Shown here: piece after piece, positions 8,604 to 15,330 of the stretch
How positions within the stretch are numbered: position 1 is the first letter of the stretch
Layout of the letters: every line of letters starts with the position of its first letter
DNA from: Gemmatimonadota bacterium
Lineage (GTDB): Bacteria; Gemmatimonadota; Gemmatimonadetes; Gemmatimonadales; GWC2-71-9
DNA length: 24,793 bases
Direction of reading: 5' to 3'
NCBI GenBank assembly: GCA_037444345.1
Contig: JBBIMQ010000002.1
Span: 1-24,793, forward strand
Notes under the pieces: generated by a model
Told to the model about the DNA's origin: nothing
Database searches by the model: none
Seen by the model: only the letters and a program-made list of their open reading frames with translations
Program-made: the position numbers and the translations under genes

Positions 8604-8636
8604 GGGGGTCGGGGCCCGAGGAGGGGCCCCACCCCC
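8604..8636 (+). other. Intergenic GC-rich stem-loop without U-tract
   Basis: GGGGGT(c)GGGGCCC-GAGGAG-GGGCCCC-ACCCCC: 13 bp with a 1-nt bulge, between the CTD-protein stop and the PorV-like SD (AGGAGA, 8645-8650). Confidence 0.5.
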
Positions 8637-8660
8637 ACGCAGCCAGGAGAAAGGCAACCC

Positions 8661-9785
8661 ATGAGTTACGTGACGACCAAGCGCCTGGTCCTGCTGGCGG
8701 GCCTGCTGGGAGCGGCTCCCGCGGCGGTCGCCGCGCAGGCCGGCACCGATCAGGACAACACGCCCTACGGCACCACCTCGGCGGAGTTCCTCCTGCTCGG
8801 GGCCGGGGCCCGCGGCACCGCGCTGGGCGGCGCCTTCTCGGCCATCGCCAACGACGTGAGCGCGCTCTACTACAACCCGGCCGGCGCAGCCCTGATGACC
8901 CGGCCCGGGTTCATGGTGGGCACCTACGAGTACGTGGCCGACACCCGCTACAGCTGGGGCGGCATCGCCTTCCCCTTCGGCGGCGGGGCCCGGGTGGTGG
9001 GCCTCCAGGTCGGGACCTTTGGCTTCAAGGACCAGCCGGTGTACACCGTGGATGACCCGGAGGGGAACATCGGGTCGGTGTACTCAGTGAGCGAAACCTT
9101 CATCGGCGCCACCTACGCCGAGAACTTCTCGGACCGCTTCTCCGCGGGTCTGACCGCCAAGTTCATCACGGACAACCTCGGAGACGCCAACGGGAAGGCG
9201 TTCGCGGTGGACTTCGGCACCAACTTCCACGCCTCGCTGAGCGGGCATCCGGTGAAGTTCAGCTTCGTGCTCTCCAACCTGGGCACCAACCTGGACTATA
9301 GCGGCGACGCGCTCAATGCCGAGGTGCCGCGGGAACCGCTGCCCGGCCAGGAGGAGGTACCGACCATCCCGCAGCCGGCCCGGTTCCGCACCAAGTCGTT
9401 CCCGCTTCCCACGACCTTCCGGGTCGGCCTGTCGTACGACCTCGTCACTGGGGGGAACAACCGCCTCACGGTGTTGTCGGACTTCAACCAGCCCAACAAC
9501 AACCGGGCCGGTTTCTCCGCCGGCGCCGAGTGGATGAGCCGGAACCTGGGCGGGTCGCCCTTCAGCATCTCGCTCCGGGGGAGCTACACCTACTACCCGT
9601 CGAACAACATCAGCCCGAGGACGCTCTCCACGGCGCTGAACGATGAGGAGAATCTCCAGGGCCTGGCCGGGGGCGGCGGGATCATGTTCGGCCAGGGGAA
9701 CTTCAGCCTGAGCCTGGATTACGCCTACAAGTACATGGGCGTTCTGGGCGACACCCACTTCTTCAGCGTGGGCCTCGGCTGGTGA
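8661..9785 (+). CDS. PorV/PorQ-family (UPF0164-like) outer-membrane beta-barrel protein, 374 aa
   Basis: SD AGGAGA; signal peptide AVA-AQ. Family N-terminal signature TTSAEFLLLGAGARGTALGGAF..ANDVSALYYNPAG; FAVDFGT and LSNLG strands; C-terminal HFFSVGLGW ending in an aromatic residue. Confidence 0.85.
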   Translation: MSYVTTKRLVLLAGLLGAAPAAVAAQAGTDQDNTPYGTTSAEFLLLGAGARGTALGGAFSAIANDVSALYYNPAGAALMTRPGFMVGTYEYVADTRYSWGGIAFPFGGGARVVGLQVGTFGFKDQPVYTVDDPEGNIGSVYSVSETFIGATYAENFSDRFSAGLTAKFITDNLGDANGKAFAVDFGTNFHASLSGHPVKFSFVLSNLGTNLDYSGDALNAEVPREPLPGQEEVPTIPQPARFRTKSFPLPTTFRVGLSYDLVTGGNNRLTVLSDFNQPNNNRAGFSAGAEWMSRNLGGSPFSISLRGSYTYYPSNNISPRTLSTALNDEENLQGLAGGGGIMFGQGNFSLSLDYAYKYMGVLGDTHFFSVGLGW

Positions 9786-9804
9786 GGACGGGCGCTGGCG
9801 GGGA

Positions 9805-11250
9805 ATGACGCAGTGGTGGTGGACCGGGCTCGCGGCAGTGGCAATGGCCGCGGGTCCGGCGGTGGCGAGGCAGGTGGAACCGGGACCCCTGGTACGGGCG
9901 TACCGGTTCTACCGGGCCGAAGGAAATCAGACGCGGGTGACCGCCTTCGTCGAGGTCCCCTACGCGCTGCTCGAGGCGGCCGGCGACGGCCCCAATGCGG
10001 CGCTCCGCTGGGCAGTGGCGGTCCGGATCACGGACGAAGCGGGCCGGCAGCTCTACCAGAGCGCCTGGCCTGGAAAGGCGAGCGTCGAACTCAAGGCGGC
10101 TCAGGCGTCAGCCATGGAGATGCTGGACTTCAGCCTGGCCCCGGGGCGTTACCATCTGGAGGTGGCGGTTGAGGACTCGGTATCGGGACGCCGGCTCGTC
10201 TCCAGCACGCCGGTTGACGCCTACAGCGCTCCCCCGGCGGTGTCGGACCTGATGTTGAGCCCGGCCATGCGCCTCGCCACCGGCAGCGACACGATGCCCC
10301 GCCAGGGCGAGCGGCGGTGGGGGAACACCCTGGTGACCGCGAGCACCCGGCTCCGGTTGACCCCGGTGCGGTCCAAGGCCTACTACCTGCTGGAGGCGTA
10401 TTCGGCCGAGGGGCGGGCGTGCACCATGCAGGTGCAGGTCAAGGACACCTCTGGGCGGGCGATCGTGGAAACCCGGCCCACGGCGGTCCAGATCGCCGCG
10501 GGCGGCTCGGTGCTCAAGGGTCAGCTCGATCTCGCCGGCTTGCCGTCCGGGCGATACCAGATGGTGGTCAAGCTGGATCTGGGCGGCCAGCAGGAGGAGC
10601 GGTCCGAGCCGTTCGAGATGGCGGATTTCCATGCGACGCTCGAGCGCGAAGCCGCGCGACTCGCCGCCGAGCGAGAGACGGACGAAGGCTACTTCGGCCA
10701 GATGAACGAGGAACAGCTCGACGAGGCCTTCGCCCCGCTCTTCTACATCGCCGGGCGCGACTCGCTCGCGGCGTGGAAGCAAGGCCTGTCGCTCGCGGCC
10801 AAGCGGCGGTTCCTGACCCAGTTCTGGCAGTTTCGCGATCCTACCCCGGCAACGCCGCGGAACGAAGCCCGGGAGGCCTTCTACGCCAAGATCGAGTACG
10901 CGAACCGAACCTACGGCGAGAAGAGCGGCCGGTCAGCCCTTCCCGGCTGGCGCACCGACCGGGGCCGGATCTACATCAAGTACGGCCCGCCCTCCGAGCT
11001 GCTGGATCGGCGGGTGGCCTCTCACGGGCCGCCCTACGAGGTCTGGCGCTATACGCGAGGGAAGGAACAGTACTACCTGTTCGTGGATCGGACCGGGTTC
11101 GGCGCCTACAAGCTGATGTTCACCAACGATCTCCGGGAGACGAGCAATCCGGGGTTCCGGGAGATCATCGGCCCCGATGCGCTCCAGGACGTGAGCCGGT
11201 TCCTCGGGATCGACCTCTTTTTCGAGGAGTCCCAGGGACGGGCGCCCTAG
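9805..11250 (+). CDS. GWxTD domain-containing exported protein, 481 aa
   Basis: Signal peptide (AVA-RQ). C-terminal FW..RDPTPATPRNE..FY.KIEYAN..PGWRTDRGRIYIKYGPP..YEVWRY, the diagnostic GWxTDRG motif. Confidence 0.9.
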   Translation: MTQWWWTGLAAVAMAAGPAVARQVEPGPLVRAYRFYRAEGNQTRVTAFVEVPYALLEAAGDGPNAALRWAVAVRITDEAGRQLYQSAWPGKASVELKAAQASAMEMLDFSLAPGRYHLEVAVEDSVSGRRLVSSTPVDAYSAPPAVSDLMLSPAMRLATGSDTMPRQGERRWGNTLVTASTRLRLTPVRSKAYYLLEAYSAEGRACTMQVQVKDTSGRAIVETRPTAVQIAAGGSVLKGQLDLAGLPSGRYQMVVKLDLGGQQEERSEPFEMADFHATLEREAARLAAERETDEGYFGQMNEEQLDEAFAPLFYIAGRDSLAAWKQGLSLAAKRRFLTQFWQFRDPTPATPRNEAREAFYAKIEYANRTYGEKSGRSALPGWRTDRGRIYIKYGPPSELLDRRVASHGPPYEVWRYTRGKEQYYLFVDRTGFGAYKLMFTNDLRETSNPGFREIIGPDALQDVSRFLGIDLFFEESQGRAP

Positions 11251-11320
11251 CAGGACGAGGTAACGAGGGAATCGGACGCGGGCGGAACTCAACGAGTCAT
11301 TTGAACGCGAGGGAATTGTC

Positions 11321-13300
11321 ATGAACCGTGTGCTACGTAGTTCGGTCGTGCTCGCGGCCGCCGTCGGGGCCTTCGCCGCCTGCAAGGGAGATCCGACCGA
11401 GGATCTCCGGCAGGGCGTGGATCACCTGGTCGCGAACCCCACGGTGCTCTTCATTGACGAGGGACTGAGCCAGAACGTCGTCGTCGAGGCCGTGGATGCC
11501 CAGGGCAACCAGGTCGTGACTGAGTTCTTCCTGGCCAACGTCGGCACCGGGATCACCGTGGTTCGCGATACCACCTTCAACCCGGTGTACGCCGGCGAGA
11601 AGCTCACCGCGCCGGGCACGGTGACGCGGGCGCGGTTCATCGTGACGGCGGTGCAACAGGTCTCGACCAGCTTCACCGTCGGAGCGGGCGGCCGGACCAT
11701 CACGATCGCCGTCGCCACGATCCCCACGACGGCCGCCGCGGTCTTCGCGCCGACCAACCTGAACATCGGGGATACCCTCACCATCACCGCGCCCGGCTCC
11801 CTCAAGTTCACCCCGGCCTCGACGGTGAGCTTCGGAGCCGGCGCCTGCGCGGTGGTCCCGGGGAGCCTGGCCGCGGACAGCACCTCGCTCCGCTGCATCC
11901 CCTTCCCGGGCTCGACGGGGACCGCAACACTCAGCAACATGGTGACCACCTACTCGACGCCCGGGCCCGTCACGGTCACGGCCGCGTCCGGCATCACGAC
12001 CCCGCCGCTGCCCTCGCTGGTCCTGTCCCCCGCCGCCCCGGTGGCTGGCGACACGGTGACCATCACGCTCTCGGGTCTCTTCCGGTTGACGCCCGGTAGC
12101 GGCGCCACCGCCTCGGCCTGCGTGGCCGGCCCGCTGGCGCGGACCTTCCGGGTCTCGATCTCGGCGGATAGCCTGACGATCCGCTGCCTCATCGGCCCGT
12201 TCGCCAGCGGCAAGTTCCAGGTCACCAACGTTCAGCTCTCCGGCCGCGCCGTGGTCGGGCGGTTCCCCATGTCCACGGCGGCGGACGTGGTCACCGACAC
12301 GCTGCCCGCTTTCGCCGCGTCCAAGGGGACAGCCGCCATCGCCGACAACATCACGATCTCCGCGGTGGGCCGCTATCGGTTCATTCCCAGCGGGGCGAGC
12401 GCGACCAAGATCCGCGTGCCGGCGGGGGCCACCACCAGCACGCCGACCATCTCCAGCGACAGCATGACCATGAGCTTCCTCATCGGCCCGAACTGGGCCG
12501 GGGTGAAGGCCTCGCTGGACAGTGTGGTGATCTCGGGCGCGGCGGGGCTCGGCAGCTACCCGGTGCTCACCGACTCGGCGTTTTCCACGCCGGCCCTCAC
12601 GCAGTTCCCGGCCACACTGAGTAACCGGTTCCCGCAGCCCGGGGAAGTGGTGACCCTCACGGCCGGGTCGGGGTTCGGGTTCAACTCCAACGCGACGGTG
12701 ACGACCGGCGGCCGCCCCGCTGGGGTCATTTCTGTAACCGCCAATACGATTGACTTCGTGCCCATCCCAGGCACCGGCAAGGCGAAGCCGGTGGTGAGCG
12801 AGGTGGTGCTGACCAGCAACCCCGCTCTCCCGCTGATCCTGAGCGCCGGGGCCTACCTGACCCCCCCCGGCGGGTACCCGGGCACCGACGATTTCAGCAC
12901 GGCGCCGAACATCACCATGCCCCCCACCGGCCAGGTGACCTATATCGCCGATGCGGGGCCGTTTTTCGACGACCCGGGCGGCGTGTGCGTGGGCACCCTC
13001 GGCGGTCCATGCAGGATCTTCCAATTCACCATCGGGAGCACCCGTTCGTTCAGCTTCAATGCGACCTGGCAGGGTGCGACCGACCTGGGCATCTACTTCT
13101 TCGACTCCGGGCTCAATCTAGTCCCGGTCTTCGGATGCGACTCGAAGGGTGCCGGGGCCTCCGGGCAGCCGGAAACCTGCAATCTCAACAACCTGGCGCC
13201 GGGAACCTACTACATCGTGGTGGACACGTTCTCGGCGTTCTACTCGCCGCCCAACAACGTTGATCCGTTGAACTACCTGATCAAGATCACCGGCCTCTGA
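11321..13300 (+). CDS. Lipoprotein (659 aa) with four tandem Ig/IPT-like repeats and a C-terminal PPC-like domain
   Basis: SD GAGGGA; lipobox FAA-C. Repeats begin GDTLTIT, GDTVTIT, ADNITIS, GEVVTLT at 93-100 aa spacing. C-terminal DLGIYFFD..ETC..LAPGTYYIVVD. Confidence 0.75.
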   Translation: MNRVLRSSVVLAAAVGAFAACKGDPTEDLRQGVDHLVANPTVLFIDEGLSQNVVVEAVDAQGNQVVTEFFLANVGTGITVVRDTTFNPVYAGEKLTAPGTVTRARFIVTAVQQVSTSFTVGAGGRTITIAVATIPTTAAAVFAPTNLNIGDTLTITAPGSLKFTPASTVSFGAGACAVVPGSLAADSTSLRCIPFPGSTGTATLSNMVTTYSTPGPVTVTAASGITTPPLPSLVLSPAAPVAGDTVTITLSGLFRLTPGSGATASACVAGPLARTFRVSISADSLTIRCLIGPFASGKFQVTNVQLSGRAVVGRFPMSTAADVVTDTLPAFAASKGTAAIADNITISAVGRYRFIPSGASATKIRVPAGATTSTPTISSDSMTMSFLIGPNWAGVKASLDSVVISGAAGLGSYPVLTDSAFSTPALTQFPATLSNRFPQPGEVVTLTAGSGFGFNSNATVTTGGRPAGVISVTANTIDFVPIPGTGKAKPVVSEVVLTSNPALPLILSAGAYLTPPGGYPGTDDFSTAPNITMPPTGQVTYIADAGPFFDDPGGVCVGTLGGPCRIFQFTIGSTRSFSFNATWQGATDLGIYFFDSGLNLVPVFGCDSKGAGASGQPETCNLNNLAPGTYYIVVDTFSAFYSPPNNVDPLNYLIKITGL

Positions 13301-13319
13301 TTCCCGGCAGGCCAGTCGC

Positions 13320-13360
13320 AAAACGCGAGGCCCCCGCGGGTGCGGGGGCCTCGCTGTTTC
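13320..13360. terminator. Bidirectional intrinsic terminator
   Basis: Perfect 13-bp stem GCGAGGCCCCCGC-GGGT-GCGGGGGCCTCGC (13325-13354), with AAAA upstream and TGTTT downstream, between convergent genes. Confidence 0.85.
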
Positions 13361-15206
13361 AGAGCGGCTCCCGGGGGAGGGGTGGTCCCTCCGCCGAGCC
13401 GGCTGCGGTTGCCGGAGAGGCCAGATCTCCCTCCCGGAACTGGCGCTGATACAGCCGGGCGTAGAGCCCGCCCCGCGCAAGAAGCGCCTCGTGCGTGCCC
13501 TCCTCCACGACCCGGCCGTGGTCCAGCACCACCAGCCGGTGGGCCCGCCGCACGGTGGAGAGCCGGTGGGCGATGATGAGCGTGGTCCGCCCGGCGAGCA
13601 GGCGCTGCATGGCGTCCTCGATGAGCCGCTCGCTCTCGGTGTCCAGGCTGCTCGTGGCCTCGTCCAGCACCAGCACCGCCGGGTCCTTGAGCAGGGCTCG
13701 CGCGATGGCGATCCGCTGCCGCTGGCCTCCGGACAGCTTGACCCCGCGCTCCCCGACCAGGGTGTCGTAGCCGAGTGGGAGCCGGACGATGAACTCGTGA
13801 GCGTGCGCCGCGCGGGCGGCGGCCTCGATCGCCTCCGCCGGGGCCTCGGGCCGGGCATAGGCGATGTTCTCGCGGATCGTGCCCGAGAAGAGCGCGGGCT
13901 CCTGAGGCACGATACCGATGCTCCGCCTGAGGTCCGCGAGCCGGAGCCGCCGGATGTCGTGCCCGTCCAGGAGAATTCGACCCCGGGTCACGTCCCAGAA
14001 GCGGGGCAGCAGAGAGATCATCGTGGTCTTGCCGGCACCTGAAGGCCCCACCAAGGCCACGATCTCGCCCGGGGCCAGCCGGAGGCGGATATCGGCGAGG
14101 GCCCAGGGGGCGTCCGGCCGGTCGTGGTATCGGAACCAGACTCCGTCGTACTCGATATGCCCCCGCACCGGCCCCGCCAGGGGCTCCGGCGCTGGGGGAT
14201 CGGCGATCGCGACCGGCGCCTCCAGCAGCTCGAAGACGCGCTCCGCCGCGCCCACCGACTCCTGGTAGCTCGAGAAGAAGGAGACCAGCGCCCCCACCGA
14301 ACCCGCGATCATGATCGTGTAGATCATGAACGTGAAGAGGGTGCCGGGGGTGAGGTCGCCCTCGAGCACCAGCTGCCCGCCCTGCCAGAGCACCACCACG
14401 ATCGCTGCGAACGTGGCGAAGGTGATCACCCCGAAGAACACCCCCCGCATCCGGGCACGCACCAGCGCCGCCGCCACCGCGCCGCGAATGCGCTCCCCGT
14501 AGCGGCGCCGCTCGTGGTCCTCCTGGACGAAACTCTGCACGATCCGGATCTGACCCAGCGCCTCCTCGGCCACCGCCGTGGCCTCGGCGACCCGGTCCTG
14601 CACCCCGGTCGAGATCCGCCGCAGCCGCCGGCCAAAAAAGAAGATCGCCCCGACCGCGATCGGCACCGCCGCGAGCGCGGTCAGCGTGAGCCGCGGCTGC
14701 ACGATCACCAGCATGGCGATGCCGCCGCTCAGGGTGAGGACCTGGCGCGCGAACTCGGCGATGGAATGACTCAGCGTCCCCTGGAGGAGGCCGATGTCGG
14801 TGGTGAGCCGGCTCACCAGCTCCCCGGTGCGCCGCTCGGCGAAAAAGCCGGGCGGCAACGCCAGGAGCCGGGAAAAGAGTGCTTCCCGGAGCCCCGCGAC
14901 CGCCCGCTCGCCGGTCGCGCTCAAGAGGTAGGTCTGTCCGTAATTCAGCACCGCCTGGATCACGACCAGTGCCAGGAGCTGGAGGGCCTGGCGGTCGAGC
15001 GCCGCCCGGCCACCCTCGAGGAAGGCGGCATCGAGGAGCCATCCGGTCAGGCGGGGGAAGGCGAGACTGGCCGCCGCGCTCGCGAGCAGGCAGGCGACGG
15101 CCGCGCCGAGGGCCCAGCGGTAGGGCCGGATCAGGGGAAGGAGCCGTCCGAGCGGGGCGGGAGACGGAAGGCGCAGGCGGGGGCGGGACTCGGTCGGTGC
15201 TGTCAT
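13359..15206 (-). CDS. ABC exporter, fused permease/ATPase (MsbA/ABCB-type), 615 aa
   Basis: Hydrophobic N-terminal half with RTGELVSRLTTD; Walker A GPSGAGKT; Q-loop VPQE; signature LSGGQRQR; Walker B LVLDEATS; H-loop IAHRLST. Confidence 0.93.
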   Translation of the reverse strand: MTAPTESRPRLRLPSPAPLGRLLPLIRPYRWALGAAVACLLASAAASLAFPRLTGWLLDAAFLEGGRAALDRQALQLLALVVIQAVLNYGQTYLLSATGERAVAGLREALFSRLLALPPGFFAERRTGELVSRLTTDIGLLQGTLSHSIAEFARQVLTLSGGIAMLVIVQPRLTLTALAAVPIAVGAIFFFGRRLRRISTGVQDRVAEATAVAEEALGQIRIVQSFVQEDHERRRYGERIRGAVAAALVRARMRGVFFGVITFATFAAIVVVLWQGGQLVLEGDLTPGTLFTFMIYTIMIAGSVGALVSFFSSYQESVGAAERVFELLEAPVAIADPPAPEPLAGPVRGHIEYDGVWFRYHDRPDAPWALADIRLRLAPGEIVALVGPSGAGKTTMISLLPRFWDVTRGRILLDGHDIRRLRLADLRRSIGIVPQEPALFSGTIRENIAYARPEAPAEAIEAAARAAHAHEFIVRLPLGYDTLVGERGVKLSGGQRQRIAIARALLKDPAVLVLDEATSSLDTESERLIEDAMQRLLAGRTTLIIAHRLSTVRRAHRLVVLDHGRVVEEGTHEALLARGGLYARLYQRQFREGDLASPATAAGSAEGPPLPREPL

Positions 15207-15330
15207 CTGAAGTCAGGTGGTCGCCACGGGCCGCCGGGCCGAGTCGGGGACGGCTGGCAGGAGCCCTACAGCGCCCCCGCGTGACGGGGACCGGCGGTGG
15301 CAACGCCCGGCCCGGGCTTGCAGTCCCTCC

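Noticed and set aside
943-8662. Very long antisense ORFs (943-4254, 4460-8662) and similar shadow ORFs opposite the other genes
   Set aside because: They mirror strongly GC3-biased sense genes and show no protein-family motifs or translation signals, a typical high-GC artefact.
8661-9785. FadL fatty-acid transporter call for the small barrel
   Set aside because: The folds are related, but the FL..GAR..ALG..D.SA.YYNPAG N-terminus and the adjacent CTD protein fit the PorV family better.
2662-12760. Many internal TTGAC hexamers as cryptic promoters
   Set aside because: They arise from ATT-GAC Ile-Asp codon pairs, and I noticed no matching -10 elements.
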